Origin: a virus
Taxonomy: Duplodnaviria; Caudoviricetes
Virus record (IMG/VR): IMGVR_UViG_3300007770_000001
DNA length: 64,000 bases
Reading direction: 5' to 3' (one strand)
Part shown: piece after piece, positions 1 to 10,404 of the stretch
Numbering within the stretch: position 1 is the stretch's first letter
Layout: each line of letters opens with the position of its first letter
Position numbers and translations under genes: made by a program
The notes under the pieces: generated by a model
Databases searched by the model: none
What the model was told of the DNA's origin: nothing
Seen by the model: the letters and a program-made list of their open reading frames with translations, nothing else

Positions 1-1863
1 GTTTGGGGAGTCGCAGTCGCGGTTCGTACTCTCGATGACGCCTACGATGGCGGGGGCTCTCCGGGCTCCGGTCGTCGTATCGTGGCGGATCAAGGCGCAG
101 TCGAGATCGTCGACGCCGCTGCCCCCTCCGATCCCATTCCCCCAGGAAGCACCGACGGGGGCCTCGATATTGTCGGGCGTTTCAGGCTGGGGGCTATCAA
201 CAAGCCGGAGCTCCAGCTTAGTCCCAACCCGTACGGAAATGGGCCTGAGGTCCTTATGGGCCAGGAGATCTGGGCTCCTGATGCTCCCTTCGGGTCCACT
301 GCATTCCTCCTGGCGAACGCTACAGGAGTTCCAAGCCACCACAACTACAACATCCGTGTGGGGTCCAAGTCTGCGGCTGGTGGGAACCAAGTAGGTCGAG
401 CGATCCTCCGAGGGGGTGATTCCCTCGCGAATCCTCTCCCCGCAGGCTCTGTCTATGTCCAAGCGGGTCGTGGTGCTGCCGCAGGGGGCGGAGATGGAGC
501 CTCCCTGTACCTGGTCCCTGGAGACTCCGAAGCCGGAACAGTTGGAGACGTGGTTCTCGTCCGTCCGGAGGCCGCCACTCCTGCGACTCTCCAAGCATCT
601 GGTGCCTTCGTCGGGGGTGTCACCGGAACGGTGCGGTTCGGGACCGACATGGGGGCGGTCGAGGTCGCAATAGACGCGGCTGACAACCTGTTCGCGGTCC
701 TGGGGAAGCTCAACGCTACTCTGGAGCTTGTTGCCTCAGACGCAGGCGGTGGGGTCATTCTCCTCACCACTGCCTCTCGAGGGGAAACAGCTGAGGTCTT
801 CTTCCTCAATGCAGACACAGGCCTGGACGTAGCTCTCGGAGGGTTCGCCAGCCAAACCATGACGGCGGGCACCTTCCCTGAGGCTGTGCGGATTCGAGTC
901 ACAGCGGCGAATGAGATCACCTTCGGGGTCGGCGACGCCAACCCGATGATCTACAACACAGATACCGGGAAGCTCACTGTCCCTGGTCCCCTCGACCCCA
1001 CCTATCTGATCCAGACGGAAGCCCCTCCCACAGCGTTCATCTCAGGCAAGGGGGTTCTGTGGGTTGGGGACGGAGCTGGTGGTTCTGTCCTGGGGGACCT
1101 TTACTACATTCATGAGCATGGGACCTCCTCAGCTACGGCAATGAACCTGACAGGAGGTCTTGGGTCCATCACCGTAGAGGATGAAGGGACCGGGCTCGGT
1201 GCGTTCAAGATTCTCAACTTCACCGGCTCTGGAGTCACGGTTACGGACGCTGGAGGAGGCCAAGCCAACGTCGTCGTAACTGGAGGCGGGGGTGGCGGGG
1301 GCTCCCTTGTGGGAGCCGCTCAGGACGTGTTTGCGGCCACCGACTTTGCCTGGGACGGTTCGGTCTCCTCGGTGACTCTGTCCTCTATCCCAGATTCAAA
1401 TGTCATGAATGCTGGGATCATCGTCCTGTTTCGGAACGGCGTCTCGGACATCAACAACGTGGGCCCCACAGCCCCTACAACTGAGTTTGAGTATCGGATC
1501 GTCTCCAATGTCCTGGAGATCGGAGCGGACGTTACCCTGGATCCCACCGACACATACAGGATCGTCTACCCAATCATTAGCGCGGCTATCCTGGCGGGAA
1601 TTCAGCAGGATCTCTTCCCAAGTGCCTCCTTCACCTGGGACGGGACTGTGTCCAGCGTGGCGATCACTGAGACTCTGGATACAGCTGCTGACCTGGCGGG
1701 CTTCGTCATCCTGTACAAGAACGGGATCGCTGAGGTGGATAACGTCGGTCCTGCTGTCCCGACCAACGAATACGAGTATCGGATCAACGCAGGGAACCTC
1801 GAGATCGGTGACGACATCACCATCGAGACTCACAACTATCGGCTCGTGTACCCGAAGACCTGA
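1..1863 (+). CDS. Virion structural protein (tail/fibre-associated), 5'-truncated by window edge
   Basis: Frame 1 is open from base 1 (VWGVAVAVRTLDDAYDGGGSPGSGRRIVADQGAVEI...). Gly-rich, with two tandem ~90-aa C-terminal modules, directly upstream of other structural genes. Confidence 0.7.
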   Translation, partial: VWGVAVAVRTLDDAYDGGGSPGSGRRIVADQGAVEIVDAAAPSDPIPPGSTDGGLDIVGRFRLGAINKPELQLSPNPYGNGPEVLMGQEIWAPDAPFGSTAFLLANATGVPSHHNYNIRVGSKSAAGGNQVGRAILRGGDSLANPLPAGSVYVQAGRGAAAGGGDGASLYLVPGDSEAGTVGDVVLVRPEAATPATLQASGAFVGGVTGTVRFGTDMGAVEVAIDAADNLFAVLGKLNATLELVASDAGGGVILLTTASRGETAEVFFLNADTGLDVALGGFASQTMTAGTFPEAVRIRVTAANEITFGVGDANPMIYNTDTGKLTVPGPLDPTYLIQTEAPPTAFISGKGVLWVGDGAGGSVLGDLYYIHEHGTSSATAMNLTGGLGSITVEDEGTGLGAFKILNFTGSGVTVTDAGGGQANVVVTGGGGGGGSLVGAAQDVFAATDFAWDGSVSSVTLSSIPDSNVMNAGIIVLFRNGVSDINNVGPTAPTTEFEYRIVSNVLEIGADVTLDPTDTYRIVYPIISAAILAGIQQDLFPSASFTWDGTVSSVAITETLDTAADLAGFVILYKNGIAEVDNVGPAVPTNEYEYRINAGNLEIGDDITIETHNYRLVYPKT

Positions 1864-1871
1864 TATAAATA
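1864..1871 (+). promoter_or_regulatory. Possible T4-like late promoter (TATAAATA)
   Basis: Exact TATAAATA in an otherwise GC-rich intergenic gap, 62 nt upstream of a strongly codon-biased structural gene. Only one copy noticed. Confidence 0.25.
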
Positions 1872-1933
1872 GTGGGCCTATCTGGGCTCCGTAGGGCGAG
1901 AGCAGTCTCCCCCCCCCCTTCACGGAGTCCTTC

Positions 1934-4222
1934 ATGTCAATCGCCTTCGAGCAGCTTCGGATGGCCACCAACCCTGGCGTCGAGGACGACGGTTCCGGGG
2001 GAATGCAGGTCAAGATCGGTTTCGGTATGACGCGAGACGCCGACGGCGTCAAGCTCGCTCCGAACAACGACACCTTCAAGACCCCGGTCCGCGTCAAGGC
2101 GCAGGGGAACATCAACCTGACCGGCGGCTCTTCCCCGGACGCGGTTGATGGCGTTACCCTGTCGGTCGGTGACCGGATCTTGGTTCCCGCCCAGTCCACC
2201 GCCAGCCAGGACGGCCTCTACGAGATGACGGTCGACGGTGGCGGCACTGACGACAACACCTGGGCCCGGACCAAGGACGCTCCCACCGGCGCTGAGGCAG
2301 CTGGCTGGTACGTGCAGGTCCTCGAGGGCTCCACCGATGTCGACAAGCTCTTCCGCGTGGATGCGGACCAGGGCGGCGCGACGGTCGGAACCGATGGCTG
2401 GACGGTCGTCGAGGTCGGCGGCGCGACCTCCGACACCCTCGCTGGGGATGGCCTGGTCGCCAACGGAGCGGCTCTCGATGTCAACGTCGACGACTCCTCC
2501 ATCGAGACCAACGCTGACGTGGTCCGGGTCAAGGCGCTCGGTATCACCAACGCCATGCTGGCCGGCTCCATCGCCAACGCCAAGCTCTCCAACTCCAGCG
2601 TCACCGTCACGGCGGGCGACGGTCTGAAGACGGGCGGCTCGGTGGCTCTGGGTGCCGCGGTCACCCTCGACGTCGACGTCTCTGACTTCGCGGGAACCGG
2701 TCTGGAGGATGACGGCTCGGAGAACCTCCGTCTCGCCGCGCAGGGCAACGGTATCGCAGGCGGCGCGGGGTCGACCCTGAGCGTGGACCTCGATGGTGCG
2801 ACTCTCGCAGTGGGCGTCTCGGGCGTCAAGGTGGCTGACGGTGGTGTCACCGAGACTCAGCTCAACACCTCCGTGGCTGGCAACGGTCTCACGGGCGGTG
2901 GTGGCACGGTCCTCGCGGTTGGCGCCGGAACGGGCATCGTGGCGAACGCCAACGATGTCGCGGTTGACGTCGGCTCCGAAGTCACCTTCAACTCCAGCGC
3001 CGACTGGACCTTCCCGAACGGCGTCACTGCCAAGGGTCTGTTCGTCACCGGCACCATGATCGACGCCAACCACGTCGCCAACAAGGCGTATGTGGATGCC
3101 GCTGCCTCCGGGCTCAAGTGGCTGGCCCCGGCTGTCGTCCTGGACTACCAGGGCACCCGGACCGTGGCTCAGATCGACGCCCTCTCCCCCTTGGCGGGCT
3201 GGGCGGTCGTGGCCGGTGACGCAGGAACCCCCTCGGCGGGCTCCTCGGATCTCCTGGCGGCCGGCGACATCGCTGAGTACAACGGCACCGACTGGAAGAA
3301 GATCGTCTCCCACAGCGGCGGTTTCGTGCCCTCCGGCACTCGCTGCATCGTCTCGGCCGGCGCTCTCTTCGCCCCCCTCTCCGACGGGACCGACGAGAAC
3401 AAGCTCGCCGACTTCGACGGAACCAGCAACACCCCGACGCTCACCGCGCCGGCAGAGGGCAACGCGGCGCTGATCACCGGCGAGGCCTCGTACTACGAGA
3501 ACCTCGGCTACACCTACGACAACACCGCGTGGGTCCAGTTCACCGGTGCCGGCCAGATCAACGCGGGTGCGGGTCTGACCAAGTCGGGCCAGACCTTCGA
3601 TGTCGGAGCCGGCAACGGTATCACCGTCCTCGCCGATACCGTCGGTGTGGACGCTGACTCCACCACTGGCGGCAACATCCAGCCGGTCAACGTGGTCGCG
3701 AACGGTGTCGGTGTCGACATCAACGCCATCGCGGGCACGGGCCTCGAGGCCGACGGCTCCGCCAACCTCCGACTCGCCGCGCAGGGCAACGGTATCGCCG
3801 GTGGTGCGGGCTCCACGCTCAGTGTGAACCTCGACGGAACCACGCTGTCCGTCAGTGCCTCTGGTGTCAAGGTCAACAAGATCACCGATACCGAGTTCAA
3901 CGCGAACGTCCTCTCCCTGGACCGCCTGAACATCCGGTTCCGCGAGGAGACCCACGCGGCGGGCACCTTCACCAACGCCAACCCCTCCACGAAGGACCTG
4001 GCGGTGGCTGCCCTCATCGGCACCAACGAGGACAACTACAACGAGGTGTACCGCAACGGTATCGCGGACATGGCCAACCAGGGCAACGGCGGCTCGCCTT
4101 CCGGCGCCACCCAGTACAAGATCGACAACACGGGAGCGGGCTCGATCGGTCGGGTGACAATCGGAGCGAACATCTTCGCCTCCGGCCACACCTACCGGGT
4201 CAAGTACCTCAGCGTCACCTGA
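1934..4222 (+). CDS. Tail fibre / virion decoration protein (762 aa)
   Basis: Contains DGVTLSVGDRILVPAQSTASQDGLY..WAR, a motif typical of phage fibre/decoration proteins. Internal duplication AGTGLE.DGS.NLRLAAQGNGIAGGAGSTLSV.LDG. Very strong codon bias. Confidence 0.75.
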   Translation: MSIAFEQLRMATNPGVEDDGSGGMQVKIGFGMTRDADGVKLAPNNDTFKTPVRVKAQGNINLTGGSSPDAVDGVTLSVGDRILVPAQSTASQDGLYEMTVDGGGTDDNTWARTKDAPTGAEAAGWYVQVLEGSTDVDKLFRVDADQGGATVGTDGWTVVEVGGATSDTLAGDGLVANGAALDVNVDDSSIETNADVVRVKALGITNAMLAGSIANAKLSNSSVTVTAGDGLKTGGSVALGAAVTLDVDVSDFAGTGLEDDGSENLRLAAQGNGIAGGAGSTLSVDLDGATLAVGVSGVKVADGGVTETQLNTSVAGNGLTGGGGTVLAVGAGTGIVANANDVAVDVGSEVTFNSSADWTFPNGVTAKGLFVTGTMIDANHVANKAYVDAAASGLKWLAPAVVLDYQGTRTVAQIDALSPLAGWAVVAGDAGTPSAGSSDLLAAGDIAEYNGTDWKKIVSHSGGFVPSGTRCIVSAGALFAPLSDGTDENKLADFDGTSNTPTLTAPAEGNAALITGEASYYENLGYTYDNTAWVQFTGAGQINAGAGLTKSGQTFDVGAGNGITVLADTVGVDADSTTGGNIQPVNVVANGVGVDINAIAGTGLEADGSANLRLAAQGNGIAGGAGSTLSVNLDGTTLSVSASGVKVNKITDTEFNANVLSLDRLNIRFREETHAAGTFTNANPSTKDLAVAALIGTNEDNYNEVYRNGIADMANQGNGGSPSGATQYKIDNTGAGSIGRVTIGANIFASGHTYRVKYLSVT

Positions 4223-4244
4223 TCCTGACGAGTCCCAGACTCTC

Positions 4245-4271
4245 GAAGGCCCGGCCCTGCGTCGGGCCTTC
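4245..4271 (+). terminator. Hairpin, probable intrinsic terminator
   Basis: GAAGGCCCG (4245-4253) is the perfect reverse complement of CGGGCCTTC (4263-4271), 22 nt after the stop of the 762-aa gene. The U-tract is weak. Confidence 0.5.
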
Positions 4272-4314
4272 ATCGTAGGTAGAGTGGGAGATCCCTCATC
4301 CGGAGATCTCCCAC

Positions 4315-4764
4315 ATGGCTGGAACGCGCGTCATCCTTGTTGTCCTCAAGACCGACAACCCCAAGAATGGGTCAGTCACAGTCTGCTGTGGGGAGATCAG
4401 GCAGGATCCCCTCCTCCCCACCCATCTCCTGATGGTAGGTATCACGGGACTCTCATGGCCCTTCGGCGGGGCTTGGGTAGGTGTGGAGCGGTGGTCCGTC
4501 CCCAAGGACCTGGTCATGAACTGGAAGCTCGGACCTATCCGGAGCCAGCCCACCCTGACCATGGACAAGCTCAACAACGAGGGACAGGACATCCCCCGTC
4601 TTCCCGGAACGGTTCCCAGCAGGGATATGGACAACGACCCTGCCGCTATCGGAGAGCTTGTCCAGAACTCCGATGAGCAGGCAGAGCGGGCTCTCCAGGC
4701 CCAGGAAGCCATGGCTCGTCGTGCCAAGGTGGATGAGAGCAAGAAGGAGACGGACAAGAAGTAG
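4315..4764 (+). CDS. Hypothetical protein (149 aa)
   Basis: Fills the gap between two structural genes on the same strand. GGAG RBS-like sequence upstream; charged C-terminus. Confidence 0.55.
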   Translation: MAGTRVILVVLKTDNPKNGSVTVCCGEIRQDPLLPTHLLMVGITGLSWPFGGAWVGVERWSVPKDLVMNWKLGPIRSQPTLTMDKLNNEGQDIPRLPGTVPSRDMDNDPAAIGELVQNSDEQAERALQAQEAMARRAKVDESKKETDKK

Positions 4765-4817
4765 CGGGTCGGAACGGTCCTCTCCCTATCGTTCTGAACC
4801 TCTGAGGGAGAGTCTGC

Positions 4818-7800
4818 ATGCCTGTCTACCTGCCTGGCCTGACGTTCGGTGGCCTCGGATATGGTGGCGCAGCCTACGGACACTCCTCGTATGGCGGAGC
4901 GGCTTTCCCAAGATCTCCGATTGCCGTCACAAGTGGCTATGGTGGATCCCCCTACGGGACCGGACCTTATGGGTCTCTGGATGCGATTCCTCCGAAGGTC
5001 TCCTCTGCCAGTTCCCTTGACGGGTTTCGGGTTGAGATCTTCTTCAGTGAGGAGATGGATCCCAATCCTGCACTGACCACCCCTTCCAACTACACCTTCA
5101 CTGATGTGTACGGGGTCCCACTCACGCCTCTCTCCGTAGCTCTGGGGACTCCAGGATCCTATGGGGGCTACACATCAGTCATCGTCACTCATTCAGGATC
5201 CACTCTGGGCGGGCAGTACCAGGTCTCGGTGGTTGGAGTCCAGGACCTCTCGGGGAACCCGATATCCCTGAGCTCCGCTACCTTCTCGAGCTTCGGGGAT
5301 GTCTCCCAGGTCCAGATCTCATTCCCCTCCCCAGACGACGGGCGGACTGTCGTCTTGGACTTCGAGAACTCCAACGGGAACCCACAGCCCTTGTTGGCGG
5401 AGTCTGTGTTCTCTCCGGGCGTGGATGACGTCGCCTCCTATAGCGTCACGACCAGCTATCCAGCCCCTCCTACCTTGGGGTCCGCAGCTCAAGATTCTTC
5501 AGTCCTCTCTCGGGTGGTGTTGGATCTCCACCCGATGACGTCCACCACATACAACTTGACCGTAGGCCCTGCTGGGGCATACACCTACGACGGGTCCGTA
5601 CTTCCAGACGCAGATCCCAACCTGGACGGGGCGGAACTCGGGTCTGGGACTTCCAGCACGTCCGGAACAGGGCTCATTCTCTCGAAGTCGGCGGGCTTCT
5701 CCTATGGCTGGTCCTTGGGGGACACCTCCGGGAGACTCCTGACGGGCACGTCCTTCCGCGCGGACTTCACTCTCGACGTCTCCTCTGCTTCGATCATTCC
5801 CTCCCCCCTGAACAGCAGTGTAGTCACGTTCTCTGTCTCGGACGGAACGGTCCAGATAGACCTGGTCCTTGAAGATGTGTCCGGAAACAAGGTCATCTCT
5901 GTCCTGAGCGGTGCTCTCTCCCTACAGGTCCCTGCTGTCTGGGACCTGGCTGAGACGACGGTTTCCTTGGTCCGGAACATGAAGGGAGCTTTCTACGCTC
6001 TCCTCGTGGATGGAGTGCCACTGCTCACCTTTGCTCTGTCTGCTCCGACAGGATCCCCTGTCTATGCGGCAGGGACAGCGGTTCTCCTGTCAGCCCCTCC
6101 CGAAATCAACTTGTTCCGTTTGGGTGGTGTGGACGTATCTGCTTCGGCGACTGTCTTCACGGATGCCTGGAACTTCATCCACGACCTCTCCGACACCTTC
6201 ACGGGGAGTTCTGTCCTCACTCAGGATAGGATCCGAACCCTTCGAGGTCCTCTGGTTCGTGGGTGGGGAGACGCTACTCCCGCGAGGAAAGAAGACGTCA
6301 CGGTTCGCGTTGAAGGGACATCTGTTCCCGTAGCTTCGATCAATCCCTACATTGGGGAGATCGTTCTGGAGACGCCCATTCCCCGGACGGCTCCTGGAAC
6401 TCTCAGCATCGACGTCGACTACATCTGGGCGTCCAATCCGGTCTTCCCCATGGCTGGTTTGAACACGCCAGGTCTCACCCTGAACACGTGGTCCCGCCCA
6501 GGTATCCGTCCTCCAGGAGGCGTCTCCGGAACGACAGGGGCTGCCCGGACCTCTCGCTTCCCTATGAGTGTGGTTCTTCAAGGAGGCCAGCGCACCTCTC
6601 CGAAGCGTATCGGCCACCGATTCGTCGGGTTCCAGAGAGGATACTCTGCCCTCCTCAACTCTCCGACCACACTTCTCCTCAACCAGAGCCCCACGGCGGT
6701 CTCCAAAGGGACGATCTCTGCAGATGCCCTCTACGAAAGCGGCGGGTTCCTCGGTACGACAACTCCAGAGGCCGCAGCCACCCCCTGGAGCCTTGTTGGT
6801 ACTGACACGGGGGCCTTGGTAGGGGACGGGACCTACCGTCTTGTAGACGCCTCTACAGGCTCCTACGGGACAGGCGCCGGAGCGTACTACAAGAGGGATG
6901 TGGACCTCTCGATGACCACCCAGGTCACGGAGAGCGGCCGGTTCTATGTCGAGGAATACACGGCAGATGGGGTGTTCACTGGAGTAGGGTTCGGTGTCCA
7001 TGATGGGAACCAGATCCTCCTGGTGGGTGCTCTCCTGGTGGGTGGTGTTCAGCATCTGGGGGTGCTCCTTGATGGGGAGAATCCTCACCTGGAAGCCAGT
7101 TGGGATATCGGCCCTCAGGTGACTGGAACAGCGACCAGCCAGAGCACAATCCAAGTGCCCTTCGCTGATCTCCCCACTGGAGTCTCCGACGGAAACCGCT
7201 TCCGGGTGGCCTCTGGAAATCAGGCCGGGGTGTACACGGTATCCGAGTGTGGTGTCGTCCAAGCAGAGGACGGTCTCACCTATGAGCTCACGTTCTCTCC
7301 GGAACTCCCAGCGGACATCTCGGGCTTCGGGAATGACGAGCCCGAGATGCTGTTCGAGATCAAGTGGGACTCGGATCTCATTTCGGTGAGGACCACCTCT
7401 GAGTTCCCGCTTGGCGGGGCCACTGTCCTCGTAGGAGGTCCTGTATCCGGAGAGGTCGCTGTCCTTACGAGCCTCCCGGCCTTCCCTGCCCAGACGGCGC
7501 TGTTCCTCCCTGCAACCAAGAAGGGAGTCTCCTTCTGGGGTTCCCTATCTCGCCGCGCCACCAATCAGTCTATCTGGGACCTGGTCCTCTACTCGTCTGT
7601 ACCGGAGAGGCTCACGAAGACCCTTCAGGGGTTGACAGTCCAGACGGAGATGAACACTCTCCCTCCGGATGATCCCAATGATCCCTGGTATGAGGTCGGA
7701 GGGTTCGGCTACGCTGTATCCCCCATCACCGAAGAGCTGCTCCTGAAGGCGACCTCTTCGGATCCCGGGATTGGGCTGACGTTCAGCTATTCCAGGGTGG

Positions 7801-10160
7801 AGCCGTTCCTCACCAACAAGGTGTCCACAGACTTCGAGGCGCGATTCCGTGTTGAGTCTGGGGTTCTGGGAGCCGGCGATGCCCGAGTCACCATACTGGA
7901 CGGGGTCCGGGAGATCATCCTGGATACCCTCCTGTACACACAGGATGCCAACTCGAGGTCCCTGGTCGCGGATCTCCCGAAGGCTTCCCTCTCCGGGCTC
8001 CGGGCTCCGGTAGATGCAGGCTGGACACAGAACCCCTCGTTTGGCCTTCAGCCCCCGTTCGTGCGGGGACAGACTTTGGAGATCTCCAAGGCGGCAACTG
8101 AGACAGGGATCTGGTCCCGAAGTCTCCCTGATCCCTCGTCAGTCACCTATGAGGGTCTGGTCTCCGAAGCCCGGTTCTCCGTGACATCCAGCACCTCGGG
8201 ATCGGTAGGGATCGGGTTCCTGTTCGGAGTAGACGTCACGGTCGCGACAAACACTGTCCGCTCCGTCCGTATTGGATTCGATACGGGGTCTATCCTCCTC
8301 TTGGACGGCTCTCTGGCCACTATTGGGACCTTGGCCTATGCCTGGGATGATGAGCCCCATACCTATCGGATTCTCTGCGATCCGGTTGCTGATACGGTCG
8401 TCCTGTTGGTGGACGATGTGGTGATTGGAGGGACCCCCCTCAGCGGGTTCGCTTCCTCCACAGGTTCTGCCCAGGCGTTCCTCGGAGCGGAAGGCTCCGG
8501 GGTCTGCGAAGTAGTCCTGGAATCAACCAGCGCTGTACCTCTTCGTCCTGTGGCTCTGCCTGGCTCTTCCCTCGGTCGCACCTTGGGGATCAAGCTACGA
8601 GAGGGAACGGGGATCGATGGGTACAGGATCCCACGTGCAGATACGAGCTCGGCGGCGAACTCCTCCGCTGTCGCGATCCCTGTCATCATGGACTGGCAGA
8701 ACTTCCTCCATACACGGCTCTATCTGGATCCGACATGGGGCGTGAGTCTCTTCCGTCCGGATATCCCTCTGCCCCCCTCTGCAACGGGGGACTTCGCGAC
8801 GGAGACTACGGACCCCACTGCTGCGTGGGCTACGGTCGAGTACGTCCAACTCCCAGTGAACAAGCAGGACAGGGGCTGTGTGGAGTTCGGCGCTCCAGAC
8901 CCAAACTCCATCAGCCAGCAGCGCTGGGATTTTGTCCGCTATCGAATCCGAGGCGCAGTCGACGGAGTAGGGATCGCCCCCCAGGGCATGGTCCTCAACC
9001 GATACGTGACGGCTTCCTCTGGTGAGTTCCTGAGAGATACCACGCCGCAGGTAGTCACTATCACCTCCCGGACCTCGACTCTGGTGTACGTCCCAGACTC
9101 GGCTATGTTCGCGGACAGGGTGTTCGTGGTCCAGGTGGATGGAGCGGTCCTGCCTGTTAGCGACTGGGGGTTCGACAAGAACAGCCAGAACCTCATCCTG
9201 AACTCCCCTCTTCCTGAGGATAACCATCCCGTTACGGTCACTTTCGCACCCGGTCGTCCCGTTACGAAGACGTACCTGTGTGGAGAGCCTATTGAGAACT
9301 CCTCGATTCTCCTGAACGAGGGGACGCCTCCGTTCGAGAAGAGTTGGGACAAGCCTGCCACCGCAACCGTCACGGCAGGGACTCCCATTGATGATCCGGA
9401 CGATGACCTTGATCCCGCTGAGTCTCTCATTCTCACGGATCCCTATCAGTATGTCAAGTTCACGGATGACCCTGAGTCCCGTTATGCTGACCTTGATTTC
9501 TGCGAGGTTGAGGAAGGGAAGAGCGTCCACCTCTCCAGCATGTGCGACGGCCCTGGACCCGAGACAGGTCTGGTAGGGATCACGATCGAGGGCCTGTTCA
9601 CCACGGATCCCTTCTCTGTTCCGGAAGGTCCTGGGGGTCCTTGGGGCCAACAGTCTCCGTTCATCAAGGGGTCTGCCTCCCAGTTCGATCCGACCAAGGT
9701 TCTGCTGGCCTCTGGAGGGGTGGTTCAGGGAGGCACTCTGGGCCCCGGAACCGCGATCCTGTATCCGAACGCACGAGGCCCTTCGGGGAATCCTCCTCCT
9801 GGAGGCATGGGTCTCAACCAGGAGATCTTCCTCGTTATCCAAGAGGTCTCCCCTCGGGAAGAGACCTGGGGCATCCAAGGCACGCTGGGAGATAACGTTC
9901 CGCCCAGCTCAGTGTCTGGAGATCCCAACCCAGACGGGACTCCTGGAGCCACTGGGAATGGCGCTGCTGTCTACATGATGGAGGACTTTGCAGGCGCCAC
10001 CTACTCGAAGCTGGGCCCTTGGGGAGGACTGGACGCCCTGTCCGTTCGGTCCCTCCTTGCAGGGGGCTCCCCTCTCTCCGGGGTGGAGCTCACACTATCA
10101 GGCGGGTCTGCGCTCCCGGGACCTACTGTCACCACAGGGCAGATCGAGGCAGCGAACTAA
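4818..10160 (+). CDS. Large virion structural protein (1780 aa; baseplate/tail, Ig-like domains)
   Basis: N-terminal GYG/PYG repeats, then an Ig-like segment (PPKVSSASSLDGFRVEIFFSEEMDP...SNYTF). Beta-rich throughout; structural gene context. Confidence 0.7.
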   Translation: MPVYLPGLTFGGLGYGGAAYGHSSYGGAAFPRSPIAVTSGYGGSPYGTGPYGSLDAIPPKVSSASSLDGFRVEIFFSEEMDPNPALTTPSNYTFTDVYGVPLTPLSVALGTPGSYGGYTSVIVTHSGSTLGGQYQVSVVGVQDLSGNPISLSSATFSSFGDVSQVQISFPSPDDGRTVVLDFENSNGNPQPLLAESVFSPGVDDVASYSVTTSYPAPPTLGSAAQDSSVLSRVVLDLHPMTSTTYNLTVGPAGAYTYDGSVLPDADPNLDGAELGSGTSSTSGTGLILSKSAGFSYGWSLGDTSGRLLTGTSFRADFTLDVSSASIIPSPLNSSVVTFSVSDGTVQIDLVLEDVSGNKVISVLSGALSLQVPAVWDLAETTVSLVRNMKGAFYALLVDGVPLLTFALSAPTGSPVYAAGTAVLLSAPPEINLFRLGGVDVSASATVFTDAWNFIHDLSDTFTGSSVLTQDRIRTLRGPLVRGWGDATPARKEDVTVRVEGTSVPVASINPYIGEIVLETPIPRTAPGTLSIDVDYIWASNPVFPMAGLNTPGLTLNTWSRPGIRPPGGVSGTTGAARTSRFPMSVVLQGGQRTSPKRIGHRFVGFQRGYSALLNSPTTLLLNQSPTAVSKGTISADALYESGGFLGTTTPEAAATPWSLVGTDTGALVGDGTYRLVDASTGSYGTGAGAYYKRDVDLSMTTQVTESGRFYVEEYTADGVFTGVGFGVHDGNQILLVGALLVGGVQHLGVLLDGENPHLEASWDIGPQVTGTATSQSTIQVPFADLPTGVSDGNRFRVASGNQAGVYTVSECGVVQAEDGLTYELTFSPELPADISGFGNDEPEMLFEIKWDSDLISVRTTSEFPLGGATVLVGGPVSGEVAVLTSLPAFPAQTALFLPATKKGVSFWGSLSRRATNQSIWDLVLYSSVPERLTKTLQGLTVQTEMNTLPPDDPNDPWYEVGGFGYAVSPITEELLLKATSSDPGIGLTFSYSRVEPFLTNKVSTDFEARFRVESGVLGAGDARVTILDGVREIILDTLLYTQDANSRSLVADLPKASLSGLRAPVDAGWTQNPSFGLQPPFVRGQTLEISKAATETGIWSRSLPDPSSVTYEGLVSEARFSVTSSTSGSVGIGFLFGVDVTVATNTVRSVRIGFDTGSILLLDGSLATIGTLAYAWDDEPHTYRILCDPVADTVVLLVDDVVIGGTPLSGFASSTGSAQAFLGAEGSGVCEVVLESTSAVPLRPVALPGSSLGRTLGIKLREGTGIDGYRIPRADTSSAANSSAVAIPVIMDWQNFLHTRLYLDPTWGVSLFRPDIPLPPSATGDFATETTDPTAAWATVEYVQLPVNKQDRGCVEFGAPDPNSISQQRWDFVRYRIRGAVDGVGIAPQGMVLNRYVTASSGEFLRDTTPQVVTITSRTSTLVYVPDSAMFADRVFVVQVDGAVLPVSDWGFDKNSQNLILNSPLPEDNHPVTVTFAPGRPVTKTYLCGEPIENSSILLNEGTPPFEKSWDKPATATVTAGTPIDDPDDDLDPAESLILTDPYQYVKFTDDPESRYADLDFCEVEEGKSVHLSSMCDGPGPETGLVGITIEGLFTTDPFSVPEGPGGPWGQQSPFIKGSASQFDPTKVLLASGGVVQGGTLGPGTAILYPNARGPSGNPPPGGMGLNQEIFLVIQEVSPREETWGIQGTLGDNVPPSSVSGDPNPDGTPGATGNGAAVYMMEDFAGATYSKLGPWGGLDALSVRSLLAGGSPLSGVELTLSGGSALPGPTVTTGQIEAAN

Positions 10161-10348
10161 CCCTCGCTTCTGTCCCTCTGAACCCGCTCCCAGTCCTCAG
10201 GACTGACCCAGCGCTCTCCGTCCCAGACTCGTCCGTTCCTCTCCTCCCCCACCTCGGGACTCTTGGTAGGAGGGAGGTAAACCTGAACCGGTCTCCGGAA
10301 AGCAATCCCTGTCTTGGTCATGGCCATAACCATTCTCCTGTACGACAC
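10157..10348 (-). CDS. Small hypothetical protein (63 aa)
   Basis: Convergent with the 1780-aa gene with overlapping stops. Protein-like composition (RVWDGERWVSPEDW). Confidence 0.45.
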   Translation of the reverse strand: MSYRRMVMAMTKTGIAFRRPVQVYLPPTKSPEVGEERNGRVWDGERWVSPEDWERVQRDRSEG

Positions 10349-10404
10349 CTACATTATAGTGCGTCTCTACCGGGTACAGCCAGAGTACCTCCTCTGGAGT
10401 TCTC

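Noticed and set aside
1937-4273. 778-aa antisense ORF (and similar long antisense or alternate-frame ORFs at 10492-11637, 23092-24330, 26464-27864, 16504-17430, 58557-60044)
   Set aside because: Shadow ORFs mirroring strongly codon-biased, GC-rich genes on the other strand or frame. They have no RBS or recognisable motifs.
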